Assembly (NCBI GenBank): GCA_035455185.1
Contig: DATIFQ010000359.1
Span: 2,248-66,247 of the forward strand
Length of the DNA stretch: 64,000 nt
Source of the DNA: Bryobacteraceae bacterium
GTDB taxonomy: Bacteria; Acidobacteriota; Terriglobia; Bryobacterales; Bryobacteraceae
Direction: 5' to 3'
The notes under the pieces were generated by a model. The model had not been told where the DNA came from. It searched no databases and was given only the letters and a program-made list of their open reading frames with translations. Below, piece by piece: positions 55,678 to 64,000 of this stretch (position 1 is the first letter of the stretch; the number at the start of each line of letters is the position of its first letter). The position numbers and the translations under genes were made by a program.

Positions 55678-56293
55678 AGACGTCGTCTCCTTTCCGCTTG
55701 AAAAATCGCGTGAGCCGGTCCCTAAGCTGCAACCGCGCGCGCAGAAGCCGGCTCTTGACGGCGGGAATGGATATGTTCAGCACGCCGGCCGTCTCTTCCG
55801 TGGAAAGCTCATCGATATCGCGGAGCACGAACACGGTACGAAAGATCGGCGGCAGGGCGTCGATCGCCTCGTCGAGAATCCTGCGCAACTCCTCTCTCGA
55901 ATACCGTTCCTCGGGATTGTCTTCCCAGACCGCGATCTCTCGCGCTACAGTCTCTTCTCCAGTGTCGATGCCCTCGTCCAGAGACACCGTCCGTGCCGTC
56001 CTGCGCTTGCGGAGCTTCATCAGCGACTCGTTTACCGCAATTCGCACAAGCCACGTGTAGAACTTTGACTGCCGCTGGAACTCGGGCAGGTGTCCGTAAG
56101 CCTTCAGGAACGTCTCCTGAAGAACGTCTTCCGCGTCTTCCTGGCTCTGTGTGATGTGCTTCGCAAGCCTGAAAATCTTACGCTCGTACTGGTTGACGAG
56201 TTCTGTGAAGGCACGCGCATCACCGCCCTGGGCCCGTTCTACCAGGTTCGATTCGTCAAACGTAATGGCTTGCGTGGAAGGCTGGCCCATCAC
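55664..56293 (-). CDS. ECF RNA polymerase sigma factor
   Basis: 209 aa. Region 2 is DAEDVLQETFLKAYGHLPEFQRQSKFYTWLVRIAVNESLMKLRKRR and region 4 is DELSTEETAGVLNISIPAVKSRLLRARLQL. Confidence 0.88.
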   Translation of the reverse strand: MMGQPSTQAITFDESNLVERAQGGDARAFTELVNQYERKIFRLAKHITQSQEDAEDVLQETFLKAYGHLPEFQRQSKFYTWLVRIAVNESLMKLRKRRTARTVSLDEGIDTGEETVAREIAVWEDNPEERYSREELRRILDEAIDALPPIFRTVFVLRDIDELSTEETAGVLNISIPAVKSRLLRARLQLRDRLTRFFKRKGDDVFAYL

Positions 56294-56399
56294 GGACCCG
56301 TGTTCTCCTCCTTCAATCTTAGCGCGGAAGCCGGCCGCGGCGCTGCCGCAGCGCGACGGACGAAAGTGGAGCCTGTGTTACGCTGAAAATTCAGCCCTT

Positions 56400-58340
56400 A
56401 TGAGCACCATCAGTGTCACTCTGCCGGATGGCAGCCGGCAAGAGCATCCGGCGGGTGTCCGTCCCATCGATATCGCCAGAAAGATCGGATCGCGCCTCGC
56501 CGACGAGGCCGTCGTCGCGCGCGTTAATGGGAGCCTGTACGACCTGACGCGCCCCCTTGAATCGGATGTAACACTCGAAATCCTGACGACGAAGAACCCG
56601 GAAGCCCTCGAAGTCTACCGCCACTCCACCGCTCATTTGATGGCTGCCGCCGTGCTCGAACTGTATCCAAGTACGAAGCTCGGGATCGGGCCGCCGATCG
56701 ACAACGGTTTCTACTACGACTTCCTGCGCAACGAGCCGTTCACGCCGGAAGACCTCGAGAAAATCGAGGCCAAGATGTGGGAGCTTCAGGGGAAGGACCT
56801 GCCCTACGAGCGCAAGCTCACGCCCAAGGCAGAAGGCCTGAAGAAGTACGCCGAAATGGGCGAGCAGATGAAGTGCGAGCTGATCGAGGAACGCGCCGAC
56901 GACATGTTCTCCGAATACACCCTGGGCCCGCATTTCATCGACTTCTGCCGCGGCCCGCACCTTCCTTCCACCTCGCGGATCAAGGCGTTCAAGCTGCTCT
57001 CCGTCGCCGGCGCGTACTGGCGTGGCGACGAGCATAGCCACCAGATGCAGCGCATCTACGGGACGGCTTTCTTTACCCGGAAGGAACTCGAGGCCTACCT
57101 GCGTCAGCTTGAGGAGGCCAAGAAGCGTGATCACCGGAAGCTCGGCAGGGAACTCGACCTGTTCAGCATCCAGGAACTGGCCGGTCCGGGGCTTGCGTTC
57201 TTCCACCCCAAAGGCGGAGTCGTCCGCAAGCTCATCGAGGACTGGATGCGCGACCAGTATGTCGCCCGCGGATATTCGCTCGTCTACACTCCCCACGTGG
57301 CCCGTGCAGACCTCTGGAAGACGTCCGGCCACTACAACTTCTACGCCGAGAACATGTTCGCCCGGATGGAGTTGGACGACGCCGAGTATCAGCTCAGGCC
57401 CATGAACTGTCCGTTCCACATCCTCATCTACCAGGACAGGATGCGAAGCTACCGGGACCTGCCAGTCCGCCTGGGCGAGCTCGGCACCGTCTACCGGTAC
57501 GAACGCTCCGGCGTCATGCACGGGCTGTTGCGTGTCCGCGGCTTCACGCAGGATGACGCTCACATCTTCTGCGCGCCCGAGCAGATCGAAGATGAGATTG
57601 TGAACTGCCTTCAGTTCGCGGTGGACGTGCTGAGCACCTTCGGTTTCGACTCGTACGAAGCGGAGTTGTCAACCTGGGACGGCGGCAAGAGCGGGAAGTA
57701 CGACGGCTCGCCGGATCAGTGGCAGCTCGCAGAGAGCGCACTCCACAAGGCGACGGACCGCCTGAGCATGAAGGTAAAAGTGATACCCGATGAGGCGGCC
57801 TTCTACGGCCCGAAGATCGACGTCAAGCTTGTCGACGCCATCGGCCGGCTTTGGCAGCTTTCCACGGTACAGTTCGACTTCACGCTGCCGAGACGCTTCG
57901 GCCTCGAGTACATCGCCGAGGACGGTAAGGCACACCAGCCGCTGATGGTGCACCGCGCCCTGTACGGCTCGGTGGAGCGGTTCTTCGGGATTCTACTCGA
58001 ACACTATGCCGGTGCCTTCCCGGTGTGGTTGGCGCCGGTGCAGGCGGCGGTGTTGCCGATCACCGACCGGCATGTCGACTACGCCAAGCAGGTCGCCGAA
58101 CGTCTCAAGGCCGCCGGTGTCCGCGCGCACCTCGACGACCGTAACGAAAAGGTCAACCTCAAAATCCGTGAGGCGCAATTGCAGAAGGTGCCTTACATGC
58201 TGGTGGTGGGCGACCGCGAAGCGCAGAACGGAACGGTCTCGGTGCGGAACCGGAAGCACGGCGATCAGGGAGCCAAACCCGTCGAGGAGTTCCTTGCGGC
58301 GATCAGATCACTGATCGAGACCAAGTCCGTTTCCGAGTAG
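56400..58340 (+). CDS. thrS: Threonine--tRNA ligase
   Basis: Start reset to ATG 56400 (MSTISVTLPDGS, TGS domain). Also HSTAHLMA, class II motifs FHPKGG / YQLRPMNCPFH / TVYRYERSG / RGFTQDDAHIF, and a C-terminal anticodon-binding domain. Confidence 0.93.
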   Translation: MSTISVTLPDGSRQEHPAGVRPIDIARKIGSRLADEAVVARVNGSLYDLTRPLESDVTLEILTTKNPEALEVYRHSTAHLMAAAVLELYPSTKLGIGPPIDNGFYYDFLRNEPFTPEDLEKIEAKMWELQGKDLPYERKLTPKAEGLKKYAEMGEQMKCELIEERADDMFSEYTLGPHFIDFCRGPHLPSTSRIKAFKLLSVAGAYWRGDEHSHQMQRIYGTAFFTRKELEAYLRQLEEAKKRDHRKLGRELDLFSIQELAGPGLAFFHPKGGVVRKLIEDWMRDQYVARGYSLVYTPHVARADLWKTSGHYNFYAENMFARMELDDAEYQLRPMNCPFHILIYQDRMRSYRDLPVRLGELGTVYRYERSGVMHGLLRVRGFTQDDAHIFCAPEQIEDEIVNCLQFAVDVLSTFGFDSYEAELSTWDGGKSGKYDGSPDQWQLAESALHKATDRLSMKVKVIPDEAAFYGPKIDVKLVDAIGRLWQLSTVQFDFTLPRRFGLEYIAEDGKAHQPLMVHRALYGSVERFFGILLEHYAGAFPVWLAPVQAAVLPITDRHVDYAKQVAERLKAAGVRAHLDDRNEKVNLKIREAQLQKVPYMLVVGDREAQNGTVSVRNRKHGDQGAKPVEEFLAAIRSLIETKSVSE

Positions 58341-58851
58341 CGGTCCCCAGCGGGCTGCCTGTCGTCAGGTACTTCTCGACCTTCGCCAACGCGGTGTCGA
58401 TGGGAAGTGTGCTATCCACCGTCACACCCTCGCTGAAAAACGGGTAACCGGACACAAGTTCGATCACGCGCTCGGGCGTCAGATCGATGCCCGGATGGTT
58501 CCCCCAACGCTGTTGCGCCCGCTCGACTGCGATCTCGGGAGGAACCGTGCATTCAATCAGGTAGAGCGCCGCTCCGGCCCGCCCGGCGGCCTCTTCAAGG
58601 TCGGATCGGTCCTCCGCGCGGCCATAGCACGCGTTCACAATGACAGTCGCGCCGGATGTCGCCAGCAACTCCGCTCCAAGGTGCATGGCTCGGTACGCGA
58701 CAGCCCGGTCCTGGCGCGTATGCGCCGAGTCCGGCAGCAGGCGGACACGGACCGCATCCATTTCGAGATGTACAATCCCCCGCCGCGAGGCCAGCAGATC
58801 GCCGAGAGTCGACTTGCCGGAACACGGCGGTCCGGAAACGACGATGATCAT
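58303..58851 (-). CDS. P-loop kinase/ATPase (AAA_33 / gluconate-kinase-like fold)
   Basis: 182 aa with Walker A VSGPPCSGKST. Its ATG overlaps the acylase TGA (ATGA). Its 3' end overlaps the thrS 3' end by 38 nt. Confidence 0.65.
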   Translation of the reverse strand: MIIVVSGPPCSGKSTLGDLLASRRGIVHLEMDAVRVRLLPDSAHTRQDRAVAYRAMHLGAELLATSGATVIVNACYGRAEDRSDLEEAAGRAGAALYLIECTVPPEIAVERAQQRWGNHPGIDLTPERVIELVSGYPFFSEGVTVDSTLPIDTALAKVEKYLTTGSPLGTATRKRTWSRSVI

Positions 58852-61121
58852 TCCTCGGTCGGAGTGAATCGTAGTGTCTCCTTTGCCTCAATGTTGCGGA
58901 ACTGCATACGGAAACTCCGACCCTCGAGGTACGACTTCCATTGGTCGCGGTAATGCCGCGAGAGCACTTGTCCGGACTGGCCGAAAGGAATGTTCAGGAC
59001 GGAGCGGTCGAGATCCGAGAAGTCGACAACCATCCTCATTGACGGGCCGACTCGCGGCACGAAGCGGACCTGTTTCACCGTCGTCGGTGCGCCTCCGAAT
59101 GGAACCGGTCCGAAGTTGAAGTACTTCCCAGCAAGCGGAAGTTGCCCGGCAATGGGATGGTTGATACCCAGCTGGTTGTAACGCCCGTAGTCCCATTTCG
59201 TCACATCGCGGCCTTGTGTACGCTGCCCTTCCGCGATCGCGTTTGCCAGGTTGCTGACAAGAAGCTTGTCCCAATCGCCGGCCCATTCCGGCGGGCGTGT
59301 GCGAAGCAACCGTTCAACGACGGCCCGCGACATCTCGTAGGAATAGACGACCCCTTTGCCCGGAGAAGCGCGCTCGGCGAGGGCCCTGCACACATGCTGG
59401 CTCGCGAGTTCGGCGATCAACGCCGCCGCCGAACCGTTCCGCATCTGGCCGTCGAAATCTCGAAGTAGCTTCGCCGCCTCATCGACCGGAGCGCCTTTCG
59501 CGCCGCGACGGCCACATGCCGCGGCGATCTCGCGGGCGAGGTAGTGATGAAACGCCGAGTACTCGTCCGTCTGGAGCCGCAGCGTATCCTCCGTCGACCA
59601 TCCTTTCCGGGATGACAGCCGCGCACGAATCTGGTTCGCGCGGTAGGGAGACGAAAAATTCCCGCCGACTCGGTAGGGGTAATCTTCCGGGAACGGATTC
59701 TGATTCGCGCTGATGATGATACCCGAAGCCGGGTTGAAGACGGACGGAAGCTGCTCAAACGGAATGAACCCCCGCCATTCGAACTCACCGAAGCTGCCAT
59801 CCACCGGGACATCGCCGGAGTAGTTCGCACGAATCGGGAACCGGCCGGCTGCTTGGTAGCCGATGTTGCCGTCGAGATCGGCATACACGAAGTTGGAGCC
59901 GGGGGCTGGAAGACGCGCCAGGGCGGCTCGGAATTCGCCCCAGTTGCAGGCGCGGTCGAGGTCGAGGATCGGATATTGAAACCCACCCGATTCGGCTGGC
60001 GCCCAACGCACCGAAAGATAACGGCCGCCTTGCGACAGAAAGATCGGTCCGTTCCGGGTGACCCAGGTTACCAGTTGCTCCGGTCTTCCGTCCCTCACCC
60101 GGATGACCTCACGCTCGGGACGGGCAGTCTCGACCTGGCCACGATAAACGTAGCTTCCGCCGGCAGGATCGAACTTTTCGACATAGAGGTCCTGCACGTC
60201 AAACTGCAAGTTCGTGACCGACCAGGCGATGCGCTCGTTGTGGCCGATGATGACCCCGGGCAGCCCGGGAAGCGACACTCCGGAAACGTTGAGTCCCGGC
60301 GCCTTCAGGTGCACCATGTACCAAGTTCCCGGCACCGAGTACTCGAGGTGCGGGTCGCCGGCAAGCAGTGCCTTCCCTGTGGCGGTGCGTGATCCCGCGA
60401 TCGCCCATGCATTGGAGCCGGGTTGGAACTCCGAGCCGCTGCGCACGGGAAAAAGTGCTTCGACCTTTTGACGGTCTCCGCCGGCAAGCAGGTTCTCCTT
60501 GCGTAACTCGATCTTCCACATTGATGAGAGCATGCTCTCCATTTGCAGCGCGGACAGAATCGTATCGACCACGCTCCACGGGCGCGGCTCGTACCGCAGC
60601 AGCGTAAACTCGATGGGAAGCTGTCTGCGGTGCGTTTCGATGAAGAAGTTCACGCCGCCGGCGTAAGCGGCCAACGCCGTACGATCGTTCTGAGTGATGG
60701 CCTTGTAGTGCTCCTCAGCGACACGGCGCACCCGCATCTGCCGGGCTTCGCGGTCGGAATTCAGCGCACCCGGTCCGACAATCTCGGCCAGTTCGCCGGC
60801 CGCGAGGCGGCGAATCGCATCCATTTGCCAGAGGCGGTCTTGCGCCGTCACGAACCCTTGAAGGAACAGAGCGTCCTGCTCGGAGGCTGCGGATATGTGA
60901 GGCACGCCCAGAGCGTCTCGTGTGACCGTCGCCTGGGCCTCGATGGGCGCTGTAAGCGAGCCGGAGGTCACCGGTAGCGGCCGCCAGACGAACCAATACA
61001 CACCGATGAGCGCGGCGGCCAGCGCAACCGCAATGGCCAAGTTTATATACTTGAGAATCCGATGGCTGGCCACTCCGCAATTGTACTGAAAAGCGTCCAG
61101 CCCGCCGCCCGGTGACCTCAA
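58848..61121 (-). CDS. Penicillin/AHL acylase family Ntn-hydrolase (PvdQ/QuiP-like)
   Basis: About 740-757 aa with an N-terminal membrane anchor/signal (INLAIAVALAAALIGVYWFVW). The autoprocessing site is PGSNAWAIAGSRTATG (G|SN nucleophile Ser). The start may be the internal GTG near 61073. Confidence 0.8.
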   Translation of the reverse strand: MRSPGGGLDAFQYNCGVASHRILKYINLAIAVALAAALIGVYWFVWRPLPVTSGSLTAPIEAQATVTRDALGVPHISAASEQDALFLQGFVTAQDRLWQMDAIRRLAAGELAEIVGPGALNSDREARQMRVRRVAEEHYKAITQNDRTALAAYAGGVNFFIETHRRQLPIEFTLLRYEPRPWSVVDTILSALQMESMLSSMWKIELRKENLLAGGDRQKVEALFPVRSGSEFQPGSNAWAIAGSRTATGKALLAGDPHLEYSVPGTWYMVHLKAPGLNVSGVSLPGLPGVIIGHNERIAWSVTNLQFDVQDLYVEKFDPAGGSYVYRGQVETARPEREVIRVRDGRPEQLVTWVTRNGPIFLSQGGRYLSVRWAPAESGGFQYPILDLDRACNWGEFRAALARLPAPGSNFVYADLDGNIGYQAAGRFPIRANYSGDVPVDGSFGEFEWRGFIPFEQLPSVFNPASGIIISANQNPFPEDYPYRVGGNFSSPYRANQIRARLSSRKGWSTEDTLRLQTDEYSAFHHYLAREIAAACGRRGAKGAPVDEAAKLLRDFDGQMRNGSAAALIAELASQHVCRALAERASPGKGVVYSYEMSRAVVERLLRTRPPEWAGDWDKLLVSNLANAIAEGQRTQGRDVTKWDYGRYNQLGINHPIAGQLPLAGKYFNFGPVPFGGAPTTVKQVRFVPRVGPSMRMVVDFSDLDRSVLNIPFGQSGQVLSRHYRDQWKSYLEGRSFRMQFRNIEAKETLRFTPTEE

Positions 61122-62464
61122 TGGAAGAAGTTTATTACGGTTACCGTTTTCTTGTGCTGGCGCTCATCATCGGCGCGAATGCCTTTTTTGCCGGCTCCGA
61201 GGTCGCGCTGCTTTCCGTTCGTCCTTCGCGGCTGAGAGAACTCGCTGAGGAGGGCAGCGTCGGAGCGCAGGCAGCGCTCAGAGTGCTGGCCAACCCTGAG
61301 CGGCTGCTATCGGTGGTCCAGGTCGGCGTGACGCTTGCGAGCCTGGGCCTTGGATGGGCGGGCGAGGACACGCTCTTTCGCTTTATTAGTGGCGTGTTTC
61401 ATCCGGTGCTCACTCCGGCGACCGAGAAGATCCTCCACGCAGTGAGCTTTTTCCTGGCCTTCCTGGTGATGGCCTTCTTCCATGTCGTGGTCGGCGAAGT
61501 CGTACCCAAAAATCTTGCGATAGAGAAAGCTGACCGGCTTGCCATCCTAGTTGCTCCGGCGCTGCTGTTGTTCTACAGAGTCTCGGAGCCTTTCGTTTAT
61601 GTGATCGAGCGCTCCGCCGCAGTTCTTTCCAGGATGTTGGGACTGCGGGGCGAGCCGCGTGGAGGCGGGCATTCCACCGAGGAACTGAAACTGATCATCA
61701 GCGCGAGCCGTGGGGAAGGCAACCTGCCGAAGTTCGAGGAGAACGTCATCCACCGCATCCTGGACCTGCCGGACTTAGTCGTGCGCGAAATCATGGTGCC
61801 TCGCAACGATATCGTCTCGGCGCCTGTTGATTCGAGCCTCGACGAGATCCTCCGCAAGATGATCGAGCACCAGTACTCGCGCTTGCCTGTTTACGAGGAC
61901 CGCCCCGAGCAGATTGTCGGGTACCTCCATCTGAAAGACGTCGCCCGCGCGAGAGAGGAGCTTCGAACCTCCGGACTGCCTCGGATGCCTTCGCCAAGGC
62001 TTCGCCTCCGGTCCCTGTTGTACAAGCCCCTGGTTGTGCCGGAGACCAAGCCGGCAAGCCAGCTCGTGGACGAATTCCGCGAGGGCCATGTTCACATCGC
62101 GATGGTCGTGGACGAGTTCGGCACGATTGTCGGTATGGTCACCTTCGAGGACGTCATCGAGCAGGTCTTCGGCAAAATCGAGGACGAGCACGACCTTCGC
62201 ACCCAGCCACCCGCGTTGGAAGCGCTTGCCGCCGACGTCGAAGGCACGATCACGATCCGCGACCTGGAAATGCAGTACGGAATCGAGTTGCCTGCCGGTG
62301 CGGGCTTCGAGACCCTGGCGGGCTTTCTCCTTTATCACCTCGGCTACATTCCAAGGCCTGGCGACGTGGTCGAGTATGGTGGACGCCGTTTCACCGTACT
62401 CGAAATGGAGCGGAACCGCATCGCGCAAGTCCGGATCGAGAAGGTCGAGGGAGACACTGCCTGA
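61112..62464 (+). CDS. CNNM/HlyC-CorC family transporter (DUF21 + CBS pair + CorC_HlyC domain)
   Basis: 450 aa with the DUF21 TM region (NAFFAGSEVALLSV), a CBS pair (VREIMVPRNDIV, AMVVDEFGTIVGMVTFEDVIEQV) and a C-terminal transporter-associated domain. The start may be ATG 61121. Confidence 0.85.
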   Translation: MTSMEEVYYGYRFLVLALIIGANAFFAGSEVALLSVRPSRLRELAEEGSVGAQAALRVLANPERLLSVVQVGVTLASLGLGWAGEDTLFRFISGVFHPVLTPATEKILHAVSFFLAFLVMAFFHVVVGEVVPKNLAIEKADRLAILVAPALLLFYRVSEPFVYVIERSAAVLSRMLGLRGEPRGGGHSTEELKLIISASRGEGNLPKFEENVIHRILDLPDLVVREIMVPRNDIVSAPVDSSLDEILRKMIEHQYSRLPVYEDRPEQIVGYLHLKDVARAREELRTSGLPRMPSPRLRLRSLLYKPLVVPETKPASQLVDEFREGHVHIAMVVDEFGTIVGMVTFEDVIEQVFGKIEDEHDLRTQPPALEALAADVEGTITIRDLEMQYGIELPAGAGFETLAGFLLYHLGYIPRPGDVVEYGGRRFTVLEMERNRIAQVRIEKVEGDTA

Positions 62465-62470
62465 AGGCCC

Positions 62471-63454
62471 TCAACGCCCGCCGCGGAGATACCAGCGGGC
62501 CAGGACGTCCATGGCGGGCTTACCCCACGGAGTGTGAGAGCCGTCCTCGGGTCCGCCAAAACCGTTGCTACCCACCTTCCACCAGTAAACACCATGGAAC
62601 CAGGGCTTCCGGTAGAACGCCTTGAGGACGGCATCGTAGCAGCGAGCCTGCTCTTCGAGTGACAGCTTTCGGGGCGTCTCGTCCCACGGCTGACGGTTCG
62701 ACCCCTCGAGACTGGCGAAGCCGGCTTCCGTGAAGATGACCGGACGGTGGTATTTCCGGTGGACCGATTCGATTTTCCCGACGACAGCGCCCGTCGAGAG
62801 GTCGTCGGGCAGCGGATAGTATTGGTTCAATCCGATGTAGTCGAGAGCGTCCCAAAACGGCAGATTCTCGAATTCCTCGCCCCAGTTGGCAGCATAGACG
62901 AGGGGACCTGCGTAAATTGTGCGAACCCGTGCGATAACCGCCCGCCAATGCTTCTCGTGACGGGTCACCCGGGAGAGTTCGACGCCGACACAAAACACGT
63001 CGGCCCGAATCCGTGAAGCGAGTGAGGCGTAGTGGCAGATGAAGGCGTCGTACTGAGTGAACCACGGCTCCAAATCGGCGGGCGAGGAGAAGTCGAGGTC
63101 ACCGGGGTAGCCGCGGCGGACCCAAAGTTGCGGTTTCAGCAATACCTTGATGCCGCGTTCGTGGGCCAGGCGGGCAACCCGCACGACCGACCCGTCCTTC
63201 TCCCATATGCGATTGCCGCCAAAACGGATGACCGGGGTGTCGCGGCGAGCGAAGCCGTAAGGAATGATCGCGACCGCGTTGATACCGTACGCAGGCAGCT
63301 TCGACAGGATTGCCGCGGAGCGGTCCGAGGCGTAAACATCGGGCCATTCCGAAGTGAAGTTCACGCCGCGCTGGAAGAAGAGTCCGGGGCCGGGTGACAC
63401 TCCCAGCAAGAGAAGACAGGCCGCCATGAGGGCGGCGACGGCCGCGTATCTCAT
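62471..63454 (-). CDS. Secreted TIM-barrel glycoside hydrolase-like protein (GH5/GH113-like clan)
   Basis: Start reset to ATG 63454 (MRYAAVAALMAACLLLLG signal peptide); the upstream part of the track ORF overlaps the preceding gene in another frame. (beta/alpha)8-type motifs are GINAVAI, NWGEEF and FTEAGF, with candidate acid/base and nucleophile Glu. The exact family is not assignable by eye. Confidence 0.55.
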   Translation of the reverse strand: MRYAAVAALMAACLLLLGVSPGPGLFFQRGVNFTSEWPDVYASDRSAAILSKLPAYGINAVAIIPYGFARRDTPVIRFGGNRIWEKDGSVVRVARLAHERGIKVLLKPQLWVRRGYPGDLDFSSPADLEPWFTQYDAFICHYASLASRIRADVFCVGVELSRVTRHEKHWRAVIARVRTIYAGPLVYAANWGEEFENLPFWDALDYIGLNQYYPLPDDLSTGAVVGKIESVHRKYHRPVIFTEAGFASLEGSNRQPWDETPRKLSLEEQARCYDAVLKAFYRKPWFHGVYWWKVGSNGFGGPEDGSHTPWGKPAMDVLARWYLRGGR

Positions 63455-63459
63455 GGAAT

Positions 63460-64000
63460 TCAATAGGGGCTGATGGCTTGGAGTTCCTGGGCGCCCGCCT
63501 GGCGGAGAAGCCGTTCGACTTCCTTCTTCAGCGGCGACACGCTCTTGCCGAAGATCATCTTGTAGGCCTGGCAAAAGTAGTCGAGGTCCTCGAAATTGTG
63601 CCTGGGGCCGTGCCGGAACTTCGGACAACCGGCGTGGCAGATCGACTGGTACTCGCAGACCTGGCACTCGGGGTGGGCGATCGTCTTTTTGCTCGCGAAA
63701 CTGTACCGGCGCTGGCGGCGCGCGATCTCGGGCCACGAGTCAATCAGGATATTCCCGAGCTTCCAGTCTTTCTCGACAAAGAAGTCGCAGGGGTAGATGT
63801 CCCCGTTGTACTCGACCACGACGTAGCTGTCACAGGTCTCGTGCATCGTGCAAGTGCCGGGTTTCTGGCCGGCGAGTGCTTCGGCGAGGTTGTCAAAGAA
63901 GCGGATGCGCGCTTTCCGGCGCTCGGGCCACCATAGGTCGAAAGTCTCGCAGAGAAACCGGCCGTACTGTTCCGGCGTGATCGTGAACGGCAGGCGGTTG
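63460..64000 (-). CDS. Anaerobic-sulfatase-maturase-like radical SAM/SPASM protein, N-terminus beyond the right window edge
   Basis: The frame is open to the window edge. Manual translation upstream of the track ORF reads NRLPFTITPEQYGRFLCETFDLWWPERRKARIRFFDNLAEALAGQKPGTCTMHETC. The SPASM signature is GDIYPCDFF ... CQVCEYQSICHAGC (CX2CX5CX3C). Confidence 0.75.
   Translation of the reverse strand, partial: NRLPFTITPEQYGRFLCETFDLWWPERRKARIRFFDNLAEALAGQKPGTCTMHETCDSYVVVEYNGDIYPCDFFVEKDWKLGNILIDSWPEIARRQRRYSFASKKTIAHPECQVCEYQSICHAGCPKFRHGPRHNFEDLDYFCQAYKMIFGKSVSPLKKEVERLLRQAGAQELQAISPY

Noticed and set aside
56382-56395. An inverted repeat GCTGAA-AA-TTCAGC 4 nt upstream of the thrS start, considered as a tRNA-anticodon-arm mimic or ThrRS operator.
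   Set aside because: The loop would be only 2-4 nt, not a 7-nt anticodon-like loop, and contains no Thr anticodon. It is too small to support an autoregulation claim.

Overview
GC-rich, almost gap-free chromosomal segment with about 55 protein-coding genes. I found no rRNA, tRNA, CRISPR array, transposase, integrase or phage gene by eye. A PEP-CTERM protein, a large beta-propeller protein with Solibacter-type C-terminal Ig-like domains, secreted TldD/PmbA pairs and many ECF sigma modules suggest an Acidobacteriota (Solibacter/Bryobacter-like) genome; this is inference, not a search result. Left to right: enolase, an orphan TadZ-like/LuxR pair, a secreted TldD/PmbA pair coupled to a fused LptF-LptG permease, and a PEP-CTERM protein. 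Next come a lone radical-SAM gene, a four-gene trehalose operon (otsA-otsB-unknown-TreT-like), and a radical-SAM / GT-C-like membrane protein / methyltransferase cluster. Then follow acyl-CoA dehydrogenase, an amidase with an untracked GatC/AtzG-like 59-aa partner ORF, a Tat-exported oxidoreductase, and a Tad/Cpa pilus secretion locus (cpaB-cpaC-tadZ-cpaF-tadB-tadC). After these lie a decaheme MtrA/DmsE-like cytochrome coupled to a 660-aa outer-membrane barrel, a murA/murQ sugar operon, two ECF sigma/anti-sigma modules, a fused Memo-AMMECR1 protein, addBA, thrS, a penicillin/AHL-acylase coupled to a P-loop kinase, a CNNM transporter, and a secreted glycoside hydrolase next to a partial anSME-like radical-SAM/SPASM gene. 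The most interesting items are the porin-cytochrome (MtrAB-like) module with no visible quinol dehydrogenase or surface cytochrome, the radical-SAM/GT-C/methyltransferase cluster, the hidden small ORF coupled to the amidase, the fused LptFG, and the mixed trehalose operon. All family calls rest on motifs I recognise in the translations. No database search was possible.
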